From Bacteroidia bacterium (GTDB lineage: Bacteria > Bacteroidota > Bacteroidia > M30B66): a stretch of 64,000 nt of DNA. The notes below the pieces were generated by a model, which saw only the letters and a list, made by a program, of their open reading frames with translations, did not search any database and had not been told where the DNA came from. Below, one piece after another: positions 50,156 to 59,240 of the stretch. The stretch spans positions 1,184,001-1,248,000 of the forward strand of contig OZ257142.1 of NCBI GenBank assembly GCA_965279035.1, read 5' to 3'. Positions within the stretch are counted from its first letter, which is position 1. Each line of letters starts with the position of its first letter. A program made the position numbers and the translations under genes.

Positions 50156-51214
50156 ATGGAACATAGAAAACTTCTGATCACTGGTGGTGCCGGCTTTATC
50201 GGTTCTCATGTTGTAAGACGCTTCGTGAAAAATTATCCTAACTACGAGATCTACAATCTCGATAAGCTCACCTATGCGGGTAATTTGATGAATCTAAAAG
50301 ACATCGAAGATTCTCCAAACTACCATTTTATTAAAGGAGATATTGTGGATGATGATTTCATTACACAGCTCTTTGAAGAACATCAATTTGATGGAGTAGT
50401 TCATCTTGCAGCCGAGTCGCACGTTGATCGCTCAATTAGCAATCCAACCGAGTTTATTCGAACCAATGTTTTAGGTACTGTGAATCTTCTCAATGCAGCA
50501 AAAAGCATCTGGAAAGGAAACATGGATGGAAAACGTTTCTATCATATTTCTACCGATGAAGTTTATGGATCTTTAGGTGAAACTGGCTTCTTTACTGAAG
50601 AAACGAAATACGATCCGCGATCACCATATTCTTCTTCTAAAGCAAGTAGCGACCATTTGGTGAGAGCCTATTTCCACACTTTCGATTTGCCTGTTGTCGT
50701 TTCGAATTGTTCCAATAATTATGGATCATTTCATTTTCCTGAAAAGCTGATTCCTCTGGCTATTAATAATATCAAACATTTGCGTCCAATTCCTGTTTAT
50801 GGTGCTGGCGACAATATCCGTGATTGGCTCTTTGTTGAAGATCACGCTCGTGCAATTGATCTTATCTTTCATCAAGGTCGTTCTGGTGAAACATACAATA
50901 TTGGTGGTAACAACGAATGGACAAACATCGATCTGATTAACAAGCTGTGTCAGATCATGGATGAGAAAATGAATAGAGATCCCGGAACTTCTGCTCGCTT
51001 GATTACATTTGTGAAAGATCGTGCAGGTCATGATCATCGTTATGCTATCGATTTTACCAAGCTAAAAAACGAACTGGGCTGGGAGCCTTCTCTTCAATTT
51101 GAAGAAGGTCTCCGTCGAACAGTAGAGTGGTATTTAACAAATGAAGAATGGCTCAATGCCGTAACTTCAGGAGATTATCAACACTATTACAATTCTCAGT
51201 ACGAAAAGCGTTAA
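50156..51214 (+). CDS. rfbB: dTDP-glucose 4,6-dehydratase
   Basis: DKLTYAGN, HLAAESHVDRSI, ISTDEVYG, YSSSKA, NCSNNYG, HDHRYAID. Confidence 0.95.
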   Translation: MEHRKLLITGGAGFIGSHVVRRFVKNYPNYEIYNLDKLTYAGNLMNLKDIEDSPNYHFIKGDIVDDDFITQLFEEHQFDGVVHLAAESHVDRSISNPTEFIRTNVLGTVNLLNAAKSIWKGNMDGKRFYHISTDEVYGSLGETGFFTEETKYDPRSPYSSSKASSDHLVRAYFHTFDLPVVVSNCSNNYGSFHFPEKLIPLAINNIKHLRPIPVYGAGDNIRDWLFVEDHARAIDLIFHQGRSGETYNIGGNNEWTNIDLINKLCQIMDEKMNRDPGTSARLITFVKDRAGHDHRYAIDFTKLKNELGWEPSLQFEEGLRRTVEWYLTNEEWLNAVTSGDYQHYYNSQYEKR

Positions 51215-51227
51215 TCCCAATCCGTTC

Positions 51228-52226
51228 ATGTATCAACATGTTCGCTTCCATTCAGATGAAGCTAATTTCCGTAACTCAGTTTTTCTCGTAACAGGAGGAG
51301 CTGGATTTATTGGCTCTCATATAGTCGATTATCTCCTCGAACACGGAGCTTTACAAGTGCGTGTTGTTGATAATCTTTCGGAAGGAAGAATTGATAATAT
51401 CAGCCATTGGTTAAATGATGATCGTTTTGTCTATTACGAAGGTGATATCTGCGATCAAGCGCTTATGGAGAAGGCCATGGCTGGAGTTCATTATGTTTCT
51501 CACCAAGCGGCTCTTGGTTCCGTACCTCGTTCCATAAAAACACCTCAATTAACAAACGAGGCCAATGTTACTGGATTTCTCTCAGTCATTGATCATGCGC
51601 GTAGAGCAGGAGTGACGCGTATGGTTTACGCAAGTTCTTCCAGTGTTTACGGTGATCACCCCGTTTTACCCAAAGTGGAAAATCAAATCGGAAATCCGCT
51701 TTCTCCATACGCTGTTACAAAACGAGTAAATGAATTGTATGCAGACGTTTTTGGTAGAACCTACGGACTTCAAATTTGTGGATTACGTTACTTCAACATC
51801 TTCGGCCCACGCCAAAAACCGGATGGACCTTATGCTGCTGTAATTCCCTTGTTTATTCAGTCCATTATGAATTCTGCTCCAGCATATATGAACGGAGATG
51901 GTGGACAAACACGCGATTTCACCTATGTAGAAAATGCTGTTCAAGCTAATGTGCGTGCCTTATTTACTGAGCATCCCGAAGCAATGGGAAAAGTGTATAA
52001 TGTAGCTGTAGGTGAACGTGTTTCGGTTCTTGAAATGTATGATATACTTCGTTCCTATGCTGGACAAGGATTAGATCCTTTTCATCGAGAAGAAAGAGAA
52101 GGGGATATTCGAGATTCTTTAGCGGATATTCAATTAGCAAAAACTTTTTTAGGTTACGATCCTTTAGTTAAAATGAAAGAAGGCCTCCAAAAAACCTTGG
52201 AAGCATTTCGAATAGAGCATTTATAA
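51228..52226 (+). CDS. SDR family UDP-GlcNAc(A) 4-epimerase (WbpP/TviC-like)
   Basis: TGGAGFIGS, HQAALGSVPRS, ASSSSVYGD, SPYAVTK, LRYFNIFGPRQ, YAAVIP. Confidence 0.88.
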   Translation: MYQHVRFHSDEANFRNSVFLVTGGAGFIGSHIVDYLLEHGALQVRVVDNLSEGRIDNISHWLNDDRFVYYEGDICDQALMEKAMAGVHYVSHQAALGSVPRSIKTPQLTNEANVTGFLSVIDHARRAGVTRMVYASSSSVYGDHPVLPKVENQIGNPLSPYAVTKRVNELYADVFGRTYGLQICGLRYFNIFGPRQKPDGPYAAVIPLFIQSIMNSAPAYMNGDGGQTRDFTYVENAVQANVRALFTEHPEAMGKVYNVAVGERVSVLEMYDILRSYAGQGLDPFHREEREGDIRDSLADIQLAKTFLGYDPLVKMKEGLQKTLEAFRIEHL

Positions 52227-52227
52227 T

Positions 52228-52968
52228 ATGGGTTGGCTTAGTTCTATTTTCGGTTCAGGGCAGTCATTAGGCGATTTGAGTGTTTTAAAAACAGACATTC
52301 ATTCTCACCTCATTCCCGGAATTGACGATGGCTCAACCGATATAGAAGACAGCATGAACCTTGTTCGTGGACTTCATTCTCTGGGTTATTCCAAAATCAT
52401 TACTACGCCACACATCATGAGTGATTTTTATCGGAATACTCCGGAAATCATTCTCTCAGGATTGGAAAAAGTAAGAGAAGCTATTGCAAAAGAAGGGATT
52501 CCCGTTGAAATCGAAGCCGCGGCCGAATATTATTGCGATCATGCTTTTGAAAAGATGATTGACGATAAAAACCTGCTCACTTTTGGTGGAAAATATGTTC
52601 TCGTTGAATTGTCCTACCTCAATCCAACAGATAGCTTTGAAACAGTTACGTTCAAGTTGCAGATGGAAGGTTATACCGTTGTTTTAGCTCATCCAGAACG
52701 TTATCCATACTGGTATCAAAGCTTTAATAAGTACGAAGAATTACGTGATAAAGGAGTTCTACTTCAAGTGAATCTTGCGTCGCTAACTGGCCATTATGGT
52801 TCTGTTGCCAAACGCATTTCAGAACGCTTGATAGAACAAAATATGGTGAGCATGCTTGGTACAGACACGCATAAAATGAGTCACATCGAGGTGTTTCGTA
52901 AATCATTGAAAGAACCGATTCTTCGAAAACTTATTGAATCTGGATCTTTGCTGAACGATTCGCTCTAA
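52228..52968 (+). CDS. CpsB/CapC family (PHP) tyrosine-protein phosphatase
   Basis: DIHSHLIPGIDDGS, ITTPH, LAHPERY, GTDTH. Confidence 0.9.
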   Translation: MGWLSSIFGSGQSLGDLSVLKTDIHSHLIPGIDDGSTDIEDSMNLVRGLHSLGYSKIITTPHIMSDFYRNTPEIILSGLEKVREAIAKEGIPVEIEAAAEYYCDHAFEKMIDDKNLLTFGGKYVLVELSYLNPTDSFETVTFKLQMEGYTVVLAHPERYPYWYQSFNKYEELRDKGVLLQVNLASLTGHYGSVAKRISERLIEQNMVSMLGTDTHKMSHIEVFRKSLKEPILRKLIESGSLLNDSL

Positions 52969-52971
52969 GAA

Positions 52972-53853
52972 TTAAGCACTTGCTGTTTCCGCCTCTGGTG
53001 CAATTTTCTTAACCAATCCTTGCAATACTTTCCCCGGTCCAACTTCAATAAATGTTGAAGCTCCATCAGCTGCCATTCTTCTAACAGATTGTGTCCAACG
53101 AACTGGTGCTGTTAGTTGAGCAATCAGGTTTTCACGAATAATTGTAGGATTATTTTCAGGGCTCGCACTTACATTTTGAACAACCGGACAAATCGGCTCG
53201 GAAAACTGCGTTGAGGCAATGGCTGCAGCTAATTCAGTTCGGGCTGGTTCCATCAAGGGAGAATGGAAAGCACCTCCAACTTGAAGTGGTAATGCTCTTT
53301 TTGCTCCTGCTGCTTTCATCGCTTCGCAGGCCATTTCAATTCCTTTTAAACTACCCGAAATAACAAGTTGTCCTGGACAATTATAATTCGCAGGAACGAC
53401 AATTTCGTTTTGAATACTAGCACATACTTCTTCAACAATTGCATCATCCAAACCTAATATGGCTGCCATTGTTCCTGGATTTTGCTCACAGGCAACCTGC
53501 ATAGCTGCGGCACGTTTGGCAACCAATCGTAATCCGTCTTCAAACGATAGAGTTCCATTGGCAACCAATGCCGAAAACTCACCAAGCGAATGTCCTGCAA
53601 CCATATCCGGATTAAATAAATTACCCATCATGCGAGCAACTGCAACAGAATGAAGAAAAATTGCTGGTTGAGTAACGTCTGTTCTTCTAAGTTCCTCATC
53701 CGTTCCCGAAAACATTAAATCAGTTATCCGGAACTTTAAAATTTCATTCGCTGATTCAAAAAGATCTCTGACCAATGTATGTTGATCGTATAAATCCTTT
53801 CCCATCCCAACAAATTGGGCACCTTGTCCAGGGAAAACAAATGCTTTCTTCAT
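52972..53853 (-). CDS. fabD: Malonyl-CoA:ACP transacylase
   Basis: FPGQGAQ, TQPAIF, GHSLGE, GAFHS, EVGPGKVL. Confidence 0.96.
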   Translation of the reverse strand: MKKAFVFPGQGAQFVGMGKDLYDQHTLVRDLFESANEILKFRITDLMFSGTDEELRRTDVTQPAIFLHSVAVARMMGNLFNPDMVAGHSLGEFSALVANGTLSFEDGLRLVAKRAAAMQVACEQNPGTMAAILGLDDAIVEEVCASIQNEIVVPANYNCPGQLVISGSLKGIEMACEAMKAAGAKRALPLQVGGAFHSPLMEPARTELAAAIASTQFSEPICPVVQNVSASPENNPTIIRENLIAQLTAPVRWTQSVRRMAADGASTFIEVGPGKVLQGLVKKIAPEAETASA

Positions 53854-53862
53854 GCAAAATAA

Positions 53863-54723
53863 TTATTTGAATATTTTTTTTAGACGTGTTCTAAGTTGGA
53901 CTTTATCTCTCATTTGTTGAATCAAAGGCACTTTTCGCGCATCTTCCTGAGCTTTTATAAATGCCTGTCTTTTCGAAACCCATTCCTGTCCTTTTTGCTT
54001 GATTATCCATTCACCTAAACTCCAAAATTGATCACCGTCAACTTTATTCACGGTATCAATGAGTTTGATATAGCCCTTGGATTTGAAATATTTTTCAATG
54101 TCCTTTTTTATGGGTTGTCCTTTATACAAAGCAACAGCTTCAACCTCTAGCCAAATATTTTTGATTCGATTGAGTTGATTTCCGGCACCTTCTAAAACCA
54201 TCAATTCAGCACCTTGAACATCCATGTGCACAAAATCGATTTGAGGAATCGAATGTTCATTTAGGAAATCATCCAAGCGAATTGTTGGTACCGAAATCTT
54301 TTCTTTAAACTCAATCCATTTATAGGTATCGAGCGTTTTATCAGGTGCTAATAATGAACTGCTTTTATTTCCAAATTCCCAATCAAGCGACTTTTCTTTA
54401 AACTCATCTGGTCGTCCTGATGAAATATGAAAATCGGCATGACCATTTTTATTTGACAAACAAAGTTGAAACGGAGTAACCTGCTTTTCTTTTTCGTAAT
54501 GCGAAATATTGTCCTGAATAAATTTGAAATTACCCGGAATTGGTTCAAAAGTAAATACACGGCATTGAGGCAAAATCCGACTATATCGAATTGAACTTTC
54601 TCCTTCACAAGCTCCAATATCAAATATTACGATCTGATCATTTTTGTTAAATAGCTCAAGAATTTGTTGCTCCTGTAAATGGAGTTCGGGATTCTCAATG
54701 GCTTGTTTCCTGTCAAATTGCAT
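53863..54723 (-). CDS. FkbM family SAM-dependent methyltransferase
   Basis: IFDIGACEG, FEP, SSSLL, RLDDF, MDVQGAELMVLEG. Start is probably ATG 54723; the ORF track gives 54744. Confidence 0.9.
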   Translation of the reverse strand: MQFDRKQAIENPELHLQEQQILELFNKNDQIVIFDIGACEGESSIRYSRILPQCRVFTFEPIPGNFKFIQDNISHYEKEKQVTPFQLCLSNKNGHADFHISSGRPDEFKEKSLDWEFGNKSSSLLAPDKTLDTYKWIEFKEKISVPTIRLDDFLNEHSIPQIDFVHMDVQGAELMVLEGAGNQLNRIKNIWLEVEAVALYKGQPIKKDIEKYFKSKGYIKLIDTVNKVDGDQFWSLGEWIIKQKGQEWVSKRQAFIKAQEDARKVPLIQQMRDKVQLRTRLKKIFK

Positions 54724-54870
54724 CGAATGGTGTTTAAAGCACAAACATACTTATTAGAATGTTGCTTATTCAAGGATTTTATAAAAATTGACTCAGACAC
54801 AATAAAAGGATTCTGATTGAATTTATAGTATTGCAAAATTGAATGGTTCTAATTTCGTTATTTAGCTTCT

Positions 54871-55917
54871 GTGAAGTACCCTTTCCTCTTTCTATTATTG
54901 ATATTCTTTTTTAAGGTCAATGTGTTTGCTCAAGTGGGTGGACAAAACATTTACTCATTTCTCAATCTTCCTAATTCTGCTCGAGTTCAGGCTTTGGGAG
55001 GAAGTGCAATTGCATTTAGAGATGATGATGTAAATCAAGCATATCAAAATCCGGGATTGATCAATTCATCCATGGCAAGTCGCGTTTCATTGACCTATGT
55101 AAATTATTTTGCTGGAATTAATTTCGGGAATGCGGCATATGCATTCAATGTAATAAAAGCCGGAACTGCTGCTTTAAGCATGCAATACATCAATTACGGA
55201 ACATTTGAAAGAGCTGATCAAACTGGACAAGTAACAGGACAATTTACTGCAGGTGAATATTGTTTAACAGCTGGATTTGGAAGGAAAATAGATTCTTTAT
55301 TCACAGTTGGTGTCAATTTAAAAACAATCATTTCTAATCTCGAATCATATTCCTCATTCGGAATGGCTGTCGATCTTGGAGCTTCATACATGAGTCCTGA
55401 TAAATTATTTGAAGCTTCTGTACTTATGAAAAATTTCGGATATCAATTCCATTCGTATGTTGATGGTAATCGGGAAACACTTCCATTTGAGCTTCAATTA
55501 GGCTTGTCGAAAAAGTTGAAGCACGTACCACTAAGGTTTTCATTTGTGGCTCATAATCTTGAGCAACCTATCATGTCGTATGAAGATCCGCTTAAACCAA
55601 CCCAATCTGTAGATCCATTAACAGGCGATACTGTGATCAATAAAATCGGTGTTGGGAATAAAATCCTACGTCATGCCATTTTAGGAACGGAGTTTAATAT
55701 TACCAAAGGACTATCATTTCGACTTGGATATAATTATCAACGTCGCCAAGAAATGAAGGTAGATGGGCGTTTGGGGACTGTTGGTCTCTCTTGGGGAATC
55801 GGTGTAAAAATTTACAAGTTTTCGCTTGCGTATGCACGATCTGCTTACCATCTTGCCGGTTCACCAAACCAGATTACGGTTTCGGCCAAAATATCTGAGT
55901 TTTACCGCAAGCAGTAA
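54871..55917 (+). CDS. porQ: Type IX secretion system protein PorQ
   Basis: AQVGG..YSFLNLP.SAR..ALGG, NPGLI, INYGTF, RLGYNYQRRQEM. Lies immediately upstream of cmk, as in other Bacteroidota. Confidence 0.88.
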   Translation: MKYPFLFLLLIFFFKVNVFAQVGGQNIYSFLNLPNSARVQALGGSAIAFRDDDVNQAYQNPGLINSSMASRVSLTYVNYFAGINFGNAAYAFNVIKAGTAALSMQYINYGTFERADQTGQVTGQFTAGEYCLTAGFGRKIDSLFTVGVNLKTIISNLESYSSFGMAVDLGASYMSPDKLFEASVLMKNFGYQFHSYVDGNRETLPFELQLGLSKKLKHVPLRFSFVAHNLEQPIMSYEDPLKPTQSVDPLTGDTVINKIGVGNKILRHAILGTEFNITKGLSFRLGYNYQRRQEMKVDGRLGTVGLSWGIGVKIYKFSLAYARSAYHLAGSPNQITVSAKISEFYRKQ

Positions 55918-56612
55918 TGCCTCCTCGAAAGATTACAATTGCCATTGATGGCTACTCTTCCTGTGGAAAATCAACCATCGCTCGTGCTTTGGCTGCCAAA
56001 CTCCATTACAATTATGTTGATACTGGTGCGATGTACCGCGCAGTGACACTATATGCATTGCGAAACGGACTTATCAATGGTAAACAACTCGATGAAGACG
56101 GACTCATTGACGAACTAGATCAAGTCAATATTCAATTCCTTTTCAATACTGAAACTCAGGCTTCCGAAATTTTGCTAAACAATGAAAATGTAGAGCAATT
56201 CATTCGTCAAATGGATGTTAACGACTGGGTAAGCCAAGTGAGTGCAGTTGGTGAAGTTCGAAGGAAAATGGTCAAGATTCAGCAAGAACTTGGCAAAGGA
56301 AAAGGGATTGCCATGGATGGACGTGATATTGGAACCACTGTATTTCCCGATGCTGAATTGAAAATCTTTATGACAGCAGATACGGATATTCGTACTCAAC
56401 GACGAGTTGACGAAATGGAGACAAAGGGAATGGCTGCAAGTTTTGAAATAGTGAAAGACAATCTTTTACAAAGAGATTTGGAGGACATGAGCCGCATCGA
56501 AAGCCCTCTTCGGAAAGCGGATGATGCGATAGTTTTAGATAATTCAACACTAACGCGTGAAGAACAATTGAACTTTGTTTTGGATCTCGTTGATAAAATC
56601 ATCAATAAATAA
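55917..56612 (+). CDS. cmk: Cytidylate kinase
   Basis: IAIDGYSSCGKST, DTGAMYRA, MDGRDIGTTVFPDAELKIF. Confidence 0.96.
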   Translation: MPPRKITIAIDGYSSCGKSTIARALAAKLHYNYVDTGAMYRAVTLYALRNGLINGKQLDEDGLIDELDQVNIQFLFNTETQASEILLNNENVEQFIRQMDVNDWVSQVSAVGEVRRKMVKIQQELGKGKGIAMDGRDIGTTVFPDAELKIFMTADTDIRTQRRVDEMETKGMAASFEIVKDNLLQRDLEDMSRIESPLRKADDAIVLDNSTLTREEQLNFVLDLVDKIINK

Positions 56613-56682
56613 TTCCTTCAGATTCTAATTTTAAACACTTGATTTTGAAGATTGAAGCTTTAATATTCTCTAAATTTGCCCG

Positions 56683-57561
56683 ATGAACGTTACAATCGAT
56701 GCGAATTCCGGTTTTTGTTTTGGAGTCGTTTATGCCATACAAATGGCTGAGGACGAGCTCAATGCTAATGGAGAGCTTTTTTGCTTAGGTGATATTGTTC
56801 ACAATAATATGGAGGTCGAAAGGCTCGAACGGAAAGGACTAAAGATTATAGATCACGACCAATTACGTTCTTTACACAATACCAAAGTCCTTATTCGGGC
56901 TCATGGAGAACCGCCTGAAACCTATAAAATTGCCATTGAAAACAATATTGAATTGATTGATGCTTCTTGTCCTGTTGTTTTGAAACTTCAAAATCGCATA
57001 CGAAATGGCTTTGAACATTTAGGAAATGGTCAAATTGTGGTGTATGGTAAAGAAGGTCATGCTGAAGTGAATGGACTCGTTGGACAAACAAAAGGGAATG
57101 CAATCATTGCCAATTCCATTGAAGATTTAGATCAAATAGATTATACAAGACCAATTCAATTCTTTTCTCAAACAACGCAACCTACCGAAGGTTTCAAAGG
57201 AATGAGAGATGAAATTATTCGTCGAATTCAAGCGGCTGGCAAGGATGAAAATTTATTTTTTGAATCGAATGATACGCTTTGCCGACAAGTATCCAACCGG
57301 GAACCCCAATTGATAGAATTTGCAAAGGCTCACGATGTGATCTTATTTGTAAGTGGTAAGAAAAGTTCTAATGGAAAAGTCTTATACGATGTATGTAAGG
57401 CTGTAAATCCTAATTCCTATTTTATTTCTGTTTGGGATGAAGTAGATACATCATGGCTAATCAATGCTAAAAATGTTGGAATCTGTGGCGCCACCTCAAC
57501 TCCCATGTGGCTTATGGAAGATATCGCTTCTCAAATAAATTCTCACGTTTCCTTGGTTTAA
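56683..57561 (+). CDS. ispH: 4-hydroxy-3-methylbut-2-enyl diphosphate reductase
   Basis: SGFCFGV, IVHN, IRAHG, DASCP, HAEV, SQTT, DTLC, SSNG, GATSTP. Confidence 0.95.
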   Translation: MNVTIDANSGFCFGVVYAIQMAEDELNANGELFCLGDIVHNNMEVERLERKGLKIIDHDQLRSLHNTKVLIRAHGEPPETYKIAIENNIELIDASCPVVLKLQNRIRNGFEHLGNGQIVVYGKEGHAEVNGLVGQTKGNAIIANSIEDLDQIDYTRPIQFFSQTTQPTEGFKGMRDEIIRRIQAAGKDENLFFESNDTLCRQVSNREPQLIEFAKAHDVILFVSGKKSSNGKVLYDVCKAVNPNSYFISVWDEVDTSWLINAKNVGICGATSTPMWLMEDIASQINSHVSLV

Positions 57562-57698
57562 TAATTCTATACTGATTCAATTTATTGATTCATTTACTAT
57601 TAGAAGAATAGGAGTATTTATTTTGAATTAAATCAAACTCCTAAGAATTGTCTGCAACATTTTATTCATAGTTGGGTATACATCTTACCCAACTCACA

Positions 57699-59099
57699 AT
57701 GAAAAATAGAATTAGAACTATCCTTCAATCTCTTAAGAAGGAATCTGTTTATTTAGAAATTCAGAATACGGAGGTATTAGAAAAACAACGTTTTGTTGTA
57801 TTTCGAATTTTTACTGTTATAGCCATTTTAGTATGTATTAGCGTTGCTTCAAAAATGTTACTTACGCTATCAACCATAAATTGGCTTCCATTCACCATAC
57901 TATTCCTTGGACTCATCATCCTAGTTAATTATTTGTTCATCCAAAAGGCCGATCAGCTTAGGATGGCTTATGTTATTATGATGATTTCTTGCTTTGGATT
58001 GCTACACCTAGTTTCTTACACATGCGGCGGTATTCGAACGGGTGGTACTTTTTTTATGTCGGCAGTTATTATCTATTCTTTCATGCTCTTAGGAAATAAG
58101 GGCGGCTGGTTGATGAGTATTGCTTGTGGAATACATATTCTCTTTTTATTTTTTATTTCAACCTATACGAATCTTACTTCATTTTCACTTTTTCAAGATC
58201 GGATTGATTTAATCAATGAAGATTTCTTAGTCAATATTCTACTTTCTTTTGCCATGATTTCGGCTCTTAGCAGCTATTTGCAGAGTGGAAGAAATGTAGT
58301 TATTCAACGTATTTTAAATTCTCAAAAAGAATTAGAATTAATAAATAACCAATTGAGATTAAATAATTTGGCTCTCGAAAAAAAGAATGCCGAATTAGAC
58401 AAATTTGCATCTGTTGCAGCGCATGATTTACGTTCTCCTTTAAGAGCAATTGGTTCATTAACCGATATGATTTTAGAAGATGATCAATCACTTTGTTTTG
58501 ATACCCACGAAAAGCTTAAAATAATTCATGGGCGTGTTCATCGAATGGATCATCTATTAAGTGCATTGCTTGAATATTCTCGCGTTGATCGTAAAATGAA
58601 CGAGATGGCCAATGTAGATCTCAATGTCTTACTTGTTGGTTTATTAGCAAAACATTCGGCATATAAAAAAGTGAAGTTTACTATTCAACAAAATTTACCA
58701 TTTATTTATACTGCCCCCATTAAACTTGAAAAAGTACTCGATATTCTCATCGAAAATGCTGTTAAATTCAATGATAAAATAGAAGCTGAAGTTTCAATAT
58801 CTGTTGAGCAAGAAAATAAAGAATGGAAAATTTCTGTTAAAGACAATGGACCTGGGATAGATCCGCTATTTCATGATAAAATATTTATCATTTTTCAGAC
58901 ATTAGAAGCACGTGATAAAATTGAAAGTTCGGGAGCAGGTTTAGCGATTGCTAAAAAATTGATAGAAGAAAATGGTGGAAAGATTGAAGTGGATTCAAAT
59001 CTAGGAAAGGGCGCAATTTTCAGCTTTCATTGGAAAGCTGATATAGAATATAAAACCAGTGTAAAAAGTCTGGTGAATGATTGGGCTAGAACTGCCTGA
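57699..59099 (+). CDS. Membrane-bound sensor histidine kinase (orphan)
   Basis: About 6 TM segments, a coiled coil, H-box AAHDLRSPL, N-box ENAVKF, G1 DNGPGI, G2 GAGLAI. Start is probably ATG 57699. Confidence 0.9.
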   Translation: MKNRIRTILQSLKKESVYLEIQNTEVLEKQRFVVFRIFTVIAILVCISVASKMLLTLSTINWLPFTILFLGLIILVNYLFIQKADQLRMAYVIMMISCFGLLHLVSYTCGGIRTGGTFFMSAVIIYSFMLLGNKGGWLMSIACGIHILFLFFISTYTNLTSFSLFQDRIDLINEDFLVNILLSFAMISALSSYLQSGRNVVIQRILNSQKELELINNQLRLNNLALEKKNAELDKFASVAAHDLRSPLRAIGSLTDMILEDDQSLCFDTHEKLKIIHGRVHRMDHLLSALLEYSRVDRKMNEMANVDLNVLLVGLLAKHSAYKKVKFTIQQNLPFIYTAPIKLEKVLDILIENAVKFNDKIEAEVSISVEQENKEWKISVKDNGPGIDPLFHDKIFIIFQTLEARDKIESSGAGLAIAKKLIEENGGKIEVDSNLGKGAIFSFHWKADIEYKTSVKSLVNDWARTA

Positions 59100-59164
59100 T
59101 TATAAAACTGGTTCTCCCGAAAATATTTTTCTATTTCAACTGAAAATCAAATAATTTATTTATC

Positions 59165-59172
59165 TACCTTTG
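59165..59172 (+). promoter_or_regulatory. -7 promoter element (TACCTTTG) of rpsA
   Basis: Exact TAnnTTTG ending 68 nt upstream of the rpsA ATG. Confidence 0.65.
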
Positions 59173-59240
59173 CAGCCCTTCGAAAATCGAGGGTGATGCA
59201 TTGAGCATCAGTTCTTTTAACCTTTTTAATTATTGACTTA

